Made by a program: the position numbers and the translations under genes. Under the pieces are notes generated by a model. It was not told the origin of the DNA, did not search any database, and saw only the letters and a list, made by a program, of their open reading frames with translations. From the NCBI GenBank assembly GCA_035084275.1, contig CM068759.1:7874001-7938000 (forward strand): a DNA stretch of 64,000 nucleotides, read 5' to 3'. Below are positions 42,931-55,866 of the stretch, in pieces. Every line of letters starts with the position of its first letter. Within the stretch, counting starts at the first letter, position 1. Origin of the DNA: Hydrolagus colliei. Its lineage: Eukaryota.

Positions 42931-43882
42931 TGTGATTATAGCTGCCTCTTGCGCTGAGAAGCAGTACACGCTTGATATCAGGCACTCTGGACCAGAGCCA
43001 TCGCCAGCAGCACAATAGCCTGACCCAGCTTTCATTTCGAACGCCGATTGACTTGCTGTGAGCGTCAGCAGTTCCAGCCCCTGCACATTTTTCGGTTGTT
43101 TTCTGCGGGAGGAACAATAAACTACAGAGCGGAGAGCCGAGTTCGACAAACTCCCTGCGTTTGGCGCCCAGACAGCCAAAGTGTCAGAGGCAGCCAACGA
43201 TTGGAAGGCGAGCCACGGAAAGCAAGCCGTGAAGAGCAACAGATTTCCTCTGACGGAAATGGAGGCGCTCTTCTGCGAGCTTTTGAGGAACAGCTGGGCA
43301 CAAAACAATACAGTACTGAGAATAGACCGGCATCAAACATTCCTCGAAGACAAGGTTTGGAAGAAACGGACACCAACACCGTTTCAGAGAAACCACAATC
43401 AACAGGACTAAATAAACAATCATAATACGGGTTAAACCCCCCCCCCCCCCACAGAAATACAGGAGAAAAAAAATATGAAAGGAAACAATAAAGAAATGAC
43501 AGTTTCTTGGAAGAAGATCAGTACTCGGAATCTGTACAGAGAATGGGAAGCTAAGTCTCTCCCAGCGCCTCGAGATACGAGCGGAAGTAAATCATAATAA
43601 TCCTTGCATTTGATACAGCGCCTTATCCTGTCGTTCACACTCTCAAAGCGCTTTGCAGTATCTGCTGTAAAGTGAATTGACTGTGAATTTTGTGGGCAAA
43701 ACACGGCCGCCAATTGCGCACAGCAGTGTCCCCCAAACAGTTGCAGATTGAGGGAACAATATTTTTTTTACCTCTAGGTGAACAGAGAGAGTAAGGAAAC
43801 CTGCCTAGGGTTTTGCCTCACCTGGGCATCGGAACCGGGTCCTATCGCTTGCCAGGCTAGTGGACCACACGACAGGATTCTG

Positions 43883-44405
43883 AACAACAACAACAGCTTT
43901 GATTTATATAGCGCCCTCCACACCGGACGGCGTCTTAGAGCACTCTAAGCTTTGCTTCCCAATTACCCCAATCCTTGCCAGACTTCACTGGCTCCCTATC
44001 CCAGAGAGGATCGACTTCAAGATCCTCACCGTTGTTTTCAAATCCCTCCACTCCTCTGCTCCCTCCTATCTCTCTGATCTCCTCTCCCCACAACCCAGCA
44101 CCCGCTGCCTTCCCTCCTCTGGGTCTGGCCTCCTCCATGTCCCCCGAATCCTCCGCTCCACCCTCGGCGGCCGTGCCTTCAGCCACCACGCCCCGAGGCT
44201 CTGGAACTCCCTCCCTCACTCCCTTCGCCTTGCCCCCTCTCTTCCCAGTTTCAGGTCCCAGCTGAAGACCTTTCTCTTCGACCGGGCTTTTGGTCACCTC
44301 TCTGCCCCTGCCCCTGGCTCGGTCACGGGATCCGCTATTGTGAAGCGCTCCGAGACGCCGTCCGGCGTGGAGGGGACTATATAAATCAAAGTTGTTGTTG
44401 TTGTT
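43883..44405 (+). mobile_element. Young L2 3' fragment with an inverted second copy of its tail at the 5' junction
   Basis: Uninterrupted PITPILARLHWLPIPERIDFKIL...LWNSLPHSLRLAPSLPSFRSQLKTFLF; ~60-bp inverted repeats 43883-43944 and 44344-44405. Confidence 0.85.
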
Positions 44406-44801
44406 AAATATTAGCAGATTGACAAGAGCCGATGGCTTGAGGATCTCAGACTGGTAATTGAGGTAACTGGCCATGTTTAACTACCTGCTATTGAGAACAC
44501 TGTCTGGCGAGCTTTCCCGCTGCTTGTTCAGCTAGGAACCACAAGAGCTGAGCTGGAAGAATCCCTTCACCCAGTCACCAGCCATTGAATTAATTGCAAA
44601 CATTGAATGAGATCTCGGCTTTTGTCGTGTCCCCGGATGTTTGAAGTTTTATTTGAGCAAAAGCCGCATAATGCAGGATAAACGGGGCTAAAGGATCGAG
44701 AGAAACTCGGCTTTGTTGAACAGGAAATTAATCCCGAGCGTGCAGGGAGCCTGGGACTGGAGCCGGCAAATGAAAGGGTTCCGCGGAGAGAAAGCGAGAG
44801 G

Positions 44802-44841
<40 letters not shown>

Positions 44842-45200
44842 AAAACGCATGGACAAACAGCTAATGAGGAGCAGTGAAAGGGCTCAGTGTCCCAGAGAGA
44901 CCAGCCACTCAACTCCAGAGAGAGAGAGAGAGAGAGAGTCTCGGCAACGGATTCCCAGAGACGCAGTCTGCAGCCTTATCACTCTCAGCGTCTCCGAGGA
45001 ATACACAAACAGCCCCCAAAAGGGATGCGAGCACGATAGACTCTGCAAGGAATTAATATATTTTTATTAATAAATATTGTATTACTAGCAATAATGGGTA
45101 ATTGGAGTTAACGTACTGATTAGCCATGATGTGGTAGAATGGAATAGGCTTGCGTGGCTGAATGGTCGACTCCTGTTCTTATATATGTTGTGGAGCAATT

Positions 45201-45512
45201 GTGGAGTCCTGTAGCTCAATGGTTAGAGCACTCGCCTTGCAAGCGAGAGACCTGCGTTCGATTCCAGGCAGGGCAAAACCTTGGGCAACTTTCCTCACTC
45301 CAGAAGCATGATAATAATCCCTCTAACAAACAAAAACAATAATCAATTGGTCGTTTCAATCCACAACTGTTTGCGGGGATGCTGCTGTGCGCAATTGGCT
45401 GCCGCGTTTCCCCCACAAATATACAGTCATTTCACTTAATAGTATATTCTGTGAAGCACTTTTAGACATCTAGAAGATGTGAAAACAGCTATATCAAACG
45501 CAAGACTTATTA
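45201..45512 (+). mobile_element. Full-length tRNA-derived SINE (tRNA-Ala-like head, DeuSINE/SacSINE-like 3' body, TTA tail); representative copy
   Basis: Head GTCCTGTAGCTCAATGGTTAGAGC...GTTCGATTCC (A/B boxes), body GCTGTGCGCAATTGGCTGCCGCGTTTC, tail ...TATCAAACGCAAGACTTATTAT. Confidence 0.85.
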
Positions 45513-45900
45513 TCATGCTCCTAATGTGTGTGTTTTGTTGAGAGTGGGTTGACACTGAGAGATGTGAAAATCCGCTATGTAAAAAACATATCATTTTCCA
45601 GTTTGTCACTAAAGATTGTCTGCGTGATTTTAACCCCTTCAGAGCCTGACCATCACAATGATTTTAACATAACAGAATTATTACCCCAGCATCCCCCCCT
45701 CCCCCACCCACAAATCCCTCAAAAACCCAGTCTGACATGTAATCAGAGAAGGCAGGTAGGGGAACAAATTAATGCACCCCCCAAAAAATCTAGAAATAAT
45801 TAACAATAAAAAGAGGCAATTCACTTTACAATATATCCTGTGAAGCGCTTTGAGACGTTGCAATGACGTGATCAAATGGAGGGATTATATTAGTACTGTA

Positions 45901-46108
45901 CAGTAAAAGCCCGTTTATCTGGCACCCGATCACCCATAACTTCCATATAACCGGCACCTCAAGAAAAGTTCGCATTTGATTAATCGGAATTTATTCGGAA
46001 AAATGCATTTTTTAAAAGGAAAAAGTGTGTTTTCGGCCGAATATCCGGCATGGGCTTTAACCAGCATTGGCCGGGTCTCAACGGTGCCAGATAAACGGGC
46101 TTTTACTG
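45901..46108. mobile_element. Tc1/mariner-pogo (Tigger/MER2-like) MITE, 208 bp
   Basis: Perfect 26-bp TIR CAGTAAAAGCCCGTTTATCTGGCACC with TA on both flanks. Confidence 0.88.
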
Positions 46109-47044
46109 TATATGATATTGGTTACACCAGCCATGATAACTGCTTGCTAATAAAATAGCTAAACATCTGATTCACGAAGCCAGGCCAGCTTATCGTTAGC
46201 AGAGGTGGACTGACTGAGAAACAGGTCTCAGCTCTGCATAGATGCTCTGTTGACAGCCCGAGCATTTGATGTGAGACTTCCTGAGCCTGGTCTCTGGGTT
46301 ATCAGTAGGAGATCTGAGTGAGAGAAAGCCCATACATCAGAGATGCCTGTGGTGCTTGTGGTTCAGCAATCCTGCCAGGCAATCAACCAGCAGTCTCTCC
46401 CCCTCTCTGTGAGTGTCACGCACTAGCCTATCTATCTGAGCCCTCCGGATTCTGCTGTGACATTTCAGCATAGTGAAAGGTCAGGGTGTCTAATCTTCCA
46501 TCAACCTCTCACACACACTCTTTCACAACTCAACACTGTGGTACAGTCGAAAGTTTCAATCCCTAGTTTGGGGCCACGATTGTCTGTCTGACCCTCTGTC
46601 AGTCTGTCCCTCTGTCTATCTGTCCCTCTGTTTGTCTCTCTCTCTCTGTCTGTCTGACTGTCCATCTGTCTGTCCCTCTGTCTGGAATGAGCAAATTTCT
46701 TCAGGGTGGAAATGAATGAGGCTGACCCTCAAACAAACCACCAAAAAACTCAGAACATAGGGCTGAATGTCCTCCAGGTCTTACAGTAAGACCATTCCCC
46801 CCGACATATTGTGTGGAATTCTTAAATTCAGTCTCAATTTGCAAGCCATCTTTCCAGGGCTCTTCTTTAAGAACCAGCTTCCTGTAAACAAAAGTAATAA
46901 TTATCTGTGCATTTATTGACTAAGGCAATATTCCAAAATTCTGCACGATCTTAAAACTTTTGAGTCTATTGTGTCATTCTTTTCCTCTAGCTTGCTGTCT
47001 CTTGTTGTCGCTCTCTTGTTCAATCTCCTCTTTCGTTATATTAT

Positions 47045-47345
47045 TATAATAATAATCCTTGCATTTGATATAGCGCCTTTTCACAGCGCTTCACAGAGTA
47101 TACTGTAAAGTGAATTGACTGTATATTTGTGTGAGAAACGCGGCTGCCAATTGCGCACAGCAGCGTCCCACAAACAGTCGTGGACCAATTTTATCATAGG
47201 TTTTGTTCAGAGGGATTATTATTAGGCATGTGGAGTAAGGAAACTTGCCTAAGGTTTTGCCCTCGACCTGACCTACCGGGGTTTGAACACAGGTCTCGTG
47301 CTTGTAAGGCGAATGCTCTCACCACTGAGCCACAGCACTCCACAC
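47045..47345 (-). mobile_element. tRNA-derived SINE copy
   Basis: Tail, body and head on the minus strand. Confidence 0.8.
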
Positions 47346-50300
47346 AAGATATTTTTGGCCTCCTCTGATCTGACTTGCCACTTGCAATAACACTGTTTCT
47401 TGTTCATCCCATCAGTTCTAAACATCTTGCCTTGAATTCTTTTTTGTGGAGTATCTTAAAACTGTGTTCTCTACCATGCATTTGCATTTTGTTTTGATAC
47501 AATGCCTTATCACATTGCTGAGATGCCTCGAGGCACTCCACGGAATACTGTATACTGTAAAGTTCAGTAACTATAGTTTGTGGGCAAATGGTGACTCATC
47601 TCACACACGGAATGCTTCTTAGTTAAATTTCCTCTGAAAGTGAGCAATTTTGCACTGAAAGGAAACAAAAGAGCACACACAAAAAGAGAGAACAAGAGAG
47701 AAAGGGAGTGAACATAAGAGAGGACAGAATGCACGCGAGTGAGAGAACGTGACAGAGCGACAATGTCAGAGGGAGCGTGAGGGAGAACACGAGAGAGAAT
47801 GAGGACGAGAGAGAAAGAGTGAGAACAAGAGAGGAGGAGATTGGAAACGCGAGAGAAAGAGAGGAGAGGAGTGGGAGTAACAGAGAGAGAGAGAGAGAGA
47901 GCAAGCAAGAGAGATGAAATAACTTCCTTTAGCTGGTAGAGAAAGTATGTAGGAAGCAGAAGGACCCTGAGGAGTATGTGTGCAGTTACCATGGAAATTG
48001 CTGGAGCCTGCAGCACAAAAGCTATACTGGATCAGCTGAGATATTTATTGGACCTGTTTGAAATCAAAAACCTGGGGGTCAGACAAAAAAAGTATGACCC
48101 TCACAAACAGCTAAACATGACAAACACTACCACTCTGATTGTGTGAGTTGAGCTGATAACAACAACATCAACAACAAAATTACATTTGTATAGCGCCTTT
48201 CACGATTAGGAGGACATCTCAAGGCGCTGGACAGTTACTGCTTCAGACCCGAGCTGAGGATGTGGGGTGGGGAGGGAAGGTGGGGAGGGGGAATAAGGAG
48301 TTGCTGATTAAACAACAACAACGATGGCAAATGATATCGCCACCAAGCTTTTCACATCGAGAGGACATCCCAAAGTGCCAAACCCTCTCCCGCACAGTAC
48401 ACGTGAAGGGGCTTTGAGATAATATCGATGGTGTAATAAGGCACTTTGAGACGTCTCAACGATGTGATGAAGCGCTAAATCAATTTCGAGGATTATTATT
48501 ATCGACTCCGGGGACATCAGCAATGACTGCTCCCTGTCCTCTCAACACCATCAGACCTTCCCTATTTGGCATTCTATCGTCCTATCCCATTTCCCTGCTC
48601 TTTCTTTACTGTGTCTGCTCTGGTACCAGCTCCCAACAGAAGCTAACAAATTCTAATCCCATTCCCCATCCGATCTCCTGCTTCAGAGCCAACTCCTCTA
48701 ATCCCATTTCCCCGAAGGTCATTCAGACGAGGCGTAGAAACAAACATTGAAGCAAATGGCAGACGTATTGCCTAAAGGCTGATTGACGGTGAGAGCTGTT
48801 ACAGTGCTCTCGGCTCAGGGTCACCCAGTGCAGTTTTTTTGAGTTAAGTAAATGACTTTTGTGTTAAATCAAAGACTTTGGGGAAAAGAGGCATTTGATT
48901 GGGGGAAATGGTTTGGGGAGTTTGTACCCAGAGGTGAAGGGAAGGTTCCTAGGTTGAGGTGGACAGATTTTTGTTAGGTCAGGGTATCAAGTGATCTGTA
49001 GATCACAGCCAAGCAATTGGAGTTGAGGTACAGATCAGCCACAATCTAATTGATTGGCACAACAGGGTCGAGGGGCTGAATGGCTGACTCCTGTTCCTAT
49101 GGGAGCCCTTCTTTCTGATCTGGAGTTTGGCAGTAAAGTGCAGGTATACTCCTGTAGAACATGGTCAGGTGGGTCCAATGGCTCAATGGTTTCCTTACTT
49201 CACGTCTGACAATAATCCCTCAAAAAAAATCAGTCACTTCAATCAACAACTGTTTGTGGGGCATCACTGTGCGCTGTGTTTCACCCACAAATATAGAGGC
49301 AATTCACTTTCACTTCTGTGAAACGCTTTGAGACGTCTAGAAGACATGAAAAGCGCTATTTCAAATGCAAGGATTATTATTATTAATAATAATATTATAA
49401 TAATACATCAGGTCCTGTGTGCTACATTTTTCTGTGGTGGATGCAGAAGATCCCTGCTGACGTGAAGCTAGTGTAACCAGCAAAGCTTCCTGCGCAGAAA
49501 ATGGCATCAGCTGCAACGCAGAAGTCAACAATTATTAAAGTGCAGGAGGGAAACCCAGCTCATCAGGTACTTGAAGATGGATGTACACAAGGCAGCACAA
49601 TAGGGAGCTATAATGGGATTACCTTGCATGTGTTCAATTGTGTATTTCACTGTCCAAGACAGTGTTTGTTATGTGCCTCAGTGTGGAATATAACTACAGG
49701 AACATGTGGACACCAGGGATTTATCTCACACTTGCAAACACAAATACACTCACACACACACATATATAAAGTGAGAGAAACAAACACACACAGAGTGAGA
49801 GGAACACATCCAAGGAGTGGGAGAGAGAGAAACACACATTTTTTGTGGCCGGCCGGGCGTCTGTCACAAACGGAAACCCAGCACCGTGCTGAAGAGTATC
49901 CAAACCAAACTAAGAATTCCATGCATCCCACCTCCACATGGAAATCCCAGAGGTAGACTGTTGGAATGGAACGCTTACCTAATTCCAGAACATAATTAGG
50001 ACCAGGTTGGCAACTGCCAAGGCTTTGCGTCTCCAGAGTGTGGGAAACTGTTGGAGGTAACCAGCTAAAACCACATACCCTGACATTGATATTGCTGTCT
50101 GGCAAGCTTTCCCGCTGTATGTCCAGCTAGGACCACCCCATCCATTGACTAGGGCTTTGGTTTGCAGGGTTAACAGGAGCAGAGTGGTGACTCCCCATGA
50201 CAGACAAAGACACAGACACACGCACGCACACACAGACAGACACACACACAGTGAAAGAAACACATTGAGAGTGCGTGCGTGCGTGCGTGCGTGCACATAC

Positions 50301-50382
50301 CCACACACAATGAGAAAAACACACCAAGTGCAATCTCCCTCAGTTACAAGTATTACTCAGAGCCTGATGTGCTGCCAATTAC

Positions 50383-50582
50383 CTTGGCAACCTCACAAAC
50401 CCAGCGAGTGTCAGTGAAGTCGGAGCCGGCTGCGGGGAGCCGTGCCGGGGAAGGAAGGGCAGCGAATGGCTGGCATTCAGCAGCTGCTGAACAGTACGTG
50501 GGAGGTGTTCAGGCGAATGAATAAAGCAGCAGATTAAATGAAGGATCTCTTCGACGAGGTCTGTGCCGTGTGGTTGGTCCAC
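50383..50582 (-). other. ELMO2: Candidate ELMO2 5' UTR exon (200 nt) with short uORF
   Basis: Non-repetitive GC-rich block bounded by TGTTTGGTGATGCAG| and AAG|GTAATT. Confidence 0.45.
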
Positions 50583-53492
50583 CTGCATCACCAAACACAG
50601 TGCGGTCCTCACAAGTCAAATTAAAATGCAAGTTGGGACGCACAGAGGAGGGTGAATTCTGTCCAAACGCTTTTCGGGTTACAGTAGCTCACTTTTGTTC
50701 CTCACCTGGGAATCGGGAGGACGTGTCACTGCACTCCCAAGGATTCTTATGGCAATTTTTTATTGTAACTGCTTAATTTGGATGTCAGCCTGGCTGAGTT
50801 AGCAGCCTCTGGGTTAAGGTTGTGGGGATGAAGTCCCATGTCGGGGGCTTTGAGCTCACTGTCAAAAGTTGGCCCGCCAGTGCAGTGCTGGGGGGAGGGA
50901 ATTGACGGAGGTGGAGTCCTTTGGACGACATGTTAAATCAAGGTTTTGTAAAAGAGAACTGCGGCAAAACAGCTTCTTGATTATGGATGAGCTCAGCAAA
51001 ACGTTGCGCAATCTTGTACCATGTTAATCAGCTTTTCGCTCACAAAATTCATCACTTTGAAACTTCGACGAAGTGATGGGGCATTATATCAAATGCTACG
51101 ATTGTTATTTGCATTTTAAAGCAACGATCTTAAGGCCAAGACCTGGAGATATTTTAGACCTTTCCCTTCAATAGCAGAAGTTAACGGCACAGAAGAAGGC
51201 CATCTGACCCCTTGTGTCTGCTCTAGTTCTGTGAGAGGGGAATCCATTCAGTCCTTGCTCCTGTTGACTTGTGTTTTCCCCGCTTATTTTACATTTAATT
51301 TTTATTTTGTGTTGCAGTTGAATCAAGCGTCACAATGTCTGACACCAGTTACTTCCTCCTCCTTCCATCCTAGTTACAGAAGATTTGGCACCGAACATGG
51401 TGATAGATCATTATCCGCCATGAAAATGATGGCGTTCACACACACACACACACACAACGATCATCTGGATGTCTAAATACAGTTAAACTCTTGCACTGAA
51501 TACAATCAATTACTTTTAAATACAGTTATCATCATTCTTCCACATATTTCTGTTGCTGGTCAGTGTACTGTGTGAAAAAATAACTATTGGTGGTAACAAG
51601 GCTTTGTGGATGCCCTGTATATTGGCCACTCACTTGGCTGTTTGGAGGATATGCCTGCTCTGTTTGCCTCTAAATACACAGTCGCTCACCATAACAATGA
51701 CTGTTCTGAGTTGTTCTGTGAGAAAGTTTTTAAAAAAAAACAACATTCCAGAGAGAGCGAGAGACAGGAGGTTCCTGGAGGTTTATGGTAATTTGACATA
51801 CCTTAAACTGTGTCAAGAATGCAGGAAATTGGATTCCTGCAAAAAAAAAGGAGGTCAGTTCGCGATTGCTAGTTACAGTCTGTGCAGTTAAGTCCGAGAG
51901 CAGATGCAAAACAGCTCTCCAGATTGTAGGGTCTCAGAGAATAATAATAATAATAATAATCTGTGCATTTAATATTGTTGAAACGTCCCAAAGCCCTTCA
52001 CAAGATATACTGTAAAGGGCAGTCACTGTGTATTCTGTGGGTGAAACACACAGCAGCTAATTGCGCACAGCAGTGTCCCACAGTCATTCACTGAGTGAGT
52101 GACCAATATTTGGAATTGGTCGCCAGGGACATAGAGAGAATAGTGCACAGGATCTTTAAGATCCACCTGAGCAGGCAGATAGGGCCTCTTTTAACAACTC
52201 ATTCAAAGGACGAACCTCCAATAATGCAACACCTCCGCCAATTCAGCAGAGTAACCTTTGCGTATCCTTGCTATATGTCTGATGGACGTGGGCTGTGTCT
52301 TGAGAACAATCTGTCTGTGAGGTGCTCTCTAACACCAGCAAGAGACATTCACAATGCTGCAATGTCTCTTAAAAGGATACACACTCCTCTCATTTGAAGA
52401 GCTGTTTATTATTCATATTGCAAGATAATGCCGGATATTCTGGTACTTAACTGGTTAACCTCCCCCACATCTATAAGATTGTTTGAGGTTAGCGCTGATT
52501 GGCAGTGGCTGAATAAAACAGACAGCATTGAATTCAAGAGAGGAAAGAGTAAGGAACACAAAAACACATCCAGAATCTGAGGCCAGTTCTAAACCAGTGT
52601 TCTGCTCTTTCTATACAAATCAATACAAAGCAGCTATCAGTCACCAATCTCATTCCCAGAGTACAGTAATGTAATATTGTTGTTGTTGTACAGTACACAG
52701 CAAGCATCGCAGTGCCTCAATAATTCCCTTCTCTCTCTTACCAGAACAGCTTGAATGAGTCCTTGAGGCCTTAAATTCTACTTGGTGTTAGCCTTAAGAA
52801 CAGTTTCGTAAAACTTAAGTTTGGTGCAGAATCAATGTTATGCATAAAAAGGCAATTCGACCTTCAGCAAAACAGTCCTGACCAAACTTAATGCTGATGC
52901 AGACATAAAGGGTGTTTGTTACCCCAAAGTACCTTGCACAACAACTTGTGTTTATACAGCGCCCTTCACGCAGAGTAATGTCTACAAGATTCCCAGGAAT
53001 GATGAGGGACATAGAGCCAGGGGGCGGGGAGGAAGGGGAAGCTGATCATAGTTATAGTTGTATCAGTGTTAACACTGTCCTGGAATTCATACACACTTTG
53101 GTCTCTTCCTAAGCTGCAGTCAGAGGCCCGCTGGGGCCCGCCTCTCACTATTCACCCCTGATACGAGCCCTATTCTTAGCAGAGAGCCTCCTGATGGAAT
53201 GTTCTATGGCATCTGGCCCATGAACTACTTGACCTGGCAGCACACGCTGTTGACACTGGCTCCCAAAGGCAGAAAAGCATATTTTCCTCAGAAGAGAATC
53301 CTTTGCCTCCACTGAGCACCTAAAAACTAGCGCAGTGAGACCGCCCGATACTCATGGCCTCATCAACAATTACATCCAGACTTTAGTAACTTGACGATAG
53401 GCTTACAATGGGCAGTTGAGTTGCTAAAGCCCTAATCTTCCACTAGATGTCAGCAGTACACTTGCAAAATACATCACATTCATAATGCACAT

Positions 53493-54135
53493 TAGTGACA
53501 CCTAGGAACAGAACCTTGTTACTGCAATGATTTGCTCTCCACGTCGTAGTAACTTTGTTACTACAAAACATGGAGGCTATTTATGTTGCACATGGGATTC
53601 TGAATAGATTCCTAGAGTCAGGAGTGTATCTGAGCTTTCCCTCATTCTCACAAGTTCTTGAGTTCATCCAAGTGCCTGAAAATCGACTAACTTCCCTTTT
53701 CCAAATTGCAGAAGTATCATTTTTGTTAGAAGATTTCTAGTCTGTGTGAACACAACAGTGACTCATTATCTCTCGAAGTTCTGTAAATCAGTACGTTCTA
53801 TGGATTCCGCCCGTGTACTTCTGTTTTTCTTCTGTATCCTTCAATTAAGTTACTTGTTTGCTGAGCTGATAAAGCGGTATTTCAGCCTCCCCCATGCTGA
53901 GACTCAGATGCTGTAAAATCATTCTCATTCCTCTGAATCTTGTTCACATCAATCGATATGTTTTGGTGGGGTCAGGCAAAAGGACTGTGTCGCCTCTGGG
54001 TTCAGTTTCCTGCTGGAGAGTGTCTGAAACCATTCTGACTAGGACAGTGGCGGCCAACCTTTTGCCGTCTTGACTACGAGTTCTTGACTGAATCTCTCTT
54101 GATTTACACAATGAATCAATCAAAGAAAAGCTGAA
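53493..54135. repeat. Unclassified ~650-bp dispersed repeat, copy 2
   Basis: Near-identical to 29478-30150. Confidence 0.85.
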
Positions 54136-55559
54136 TATACACAACCAATCGAACCTGGACTCTTTCCAAGCTACTTACACTGTTCCTGGGGGGCAAGGTG
54201 AACTGTCTGCTTTTAAAAGACCCCGTTTTCAAAGCTCTTCACTGCTCTGTGCTTCAATACATCTCAACAACGTAATTAGGCGCTATATGAAATGCAAGGA
54301 TTACTATTATTAAAAGGGGGGGTGGGGGTGGGGGGGAATATAAATGCAGACCTATCAATTCAAAGTGTTTTGCCCACAACATACAATCAACGCACTGTGA
54401 AGTGCTTTGAGACGTCTCGATGCGATTAAGCGGTTTATCAAACGCAATTTTTTTTTCACAATTCAGTTATTCCATTCAGGCAGTTGCTAACCTACTGAGG
54501 CACAGGGAACAGGGGGCAGAGAGAAAAGGAAGAGTTGTCCTTGAGCTACTGTCCCTTGCCTGTGGGATGTGGTTAGAATGCGCTCACTGGCCTGCCAGCC
54601 TGTCCCCCGCCATCTGCAGGCACGGCATGGTCCCAGGTGTCCAAGGAGACTGGAGAAAATAGAGGTATTCATTGCCTGACAAAGATTCTCGACAACAAAT
54701 GAAGCTGTGGCCACGGAATCAAATTACATCAGTCGGGAACACTGCCAAAGTGCAGGCACACAGCTCCCTGGAAATCCTATTAACATTTTTCACAATGAAT
54801 TGTGAATAAACGCTCCTGTCCAAATAAGGAATTCCGATCAACCATTCATCCCGGTTGTAAAGAAACCCTGTTTTTTGTTTTCCGCAGTGAAGGGGAAGCG
54901 GGCGGCTTCTGTGACCAGCGTGCCTGATAGGATTTCTGTTGGAAGTGAAAATGGCACAAATGTGCATTAAAGGGAGACTCACACACACATACTGTCGATT
55001 CACTTTACGGTATATCCTGTGAAGCGCTTTGAGGCGCCTCAATGAGGTGATAAAGTAGTACACGCCTAATAATAATCCATCCAAAAAAAACCACAATAAT
55101 AAAAATGGGTCATTTCAATCCACGACTGTTTATGTGACACTGCTGTGTGCAATTGGCTGCCAAATTTCACCCACAAATATACAGTCAATTCACTTTACAG
55201 TAGATTCAGGGAAGTACTTTGAGACATTGATAAGATGTGAAAATGCTACATCAAATGCAAGGATTATTATTATTATTATTTATTAACTCAGTGAAGAAAG
55301 TCAGAGGATCGATCAGTATCTATAAACAGCTTAGAGTAGACCATAAGGTCCCAGTTTTCAGGGACAGGCCCTATAGGAGGGAGGTATTGTGCCCCAGGGA
55401 ATTTGCGCTGTCTTAAGTTCAGCAACAAACTGAGCAAGAACTATAACATTCTAAAAACAGAGACCTTCATTCAGATATAGAAACACAGCCATTAATCCAA
55501 AACACTTCACCATTACTGCCAGCATCATCAATTGCGGTGAGTTAAATTGTTATATATAA

Positions 55560-55866
55560 TGGTAATCCTTACATTTTGATACAGCGTTTTTCACATCTTA
55601 TCGACATCTCAAAGCGCTTCACAGAATATACTGTAAAGTGTATATTTGTGGACGAAACGCGGCAGCCAATTGCACACAGCAGTGTCCCACAAACAGTCAT
55701 GGATTGAAATGACCAATTTTATTACAGTATTGTGGTTTTATTGGAGGGTTTATTATTAGGCATGTGGAGCAAGGAACCTTGCCCAAGGTTTCGCCCTAAT
55801 CTGCCTGGATTCGAACACAGGTCTCATGCTTGTAAGGCGAATGCTCTAACCACTGAGCTACAGGAG
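55560..55866 (-). mobile_element. tRNA-derived SINE copy
   Basis: Tail, body and head on the minus strand. Confidence 0.8.

Noticed and set aside
42940-43430. CpG-containing unique block with 125-180 aa ORFs
   Set aside because: No homology I recognise, and the longest ORF runs into a SINE; could be an enhancer but unsupported
43899-44384. 161-aa ORF as an independent gene
   Set aside because: C-terminal fragment of L2 ORF2, with its start supplied by the inverted tail
45206-45275. tRNA-Ala(TGC)-like cloverleaf
   Set aside because: Imperfect T-arm, no terminator, runs straight into the SINE body; many diverged copies in the window, so it is a SINE head
53440-53455. CTCF-like motif CCACTAGATGTCAGCA
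   Set aside because: Single match with a core mismatch; cannot be supported without ChIP or conservation
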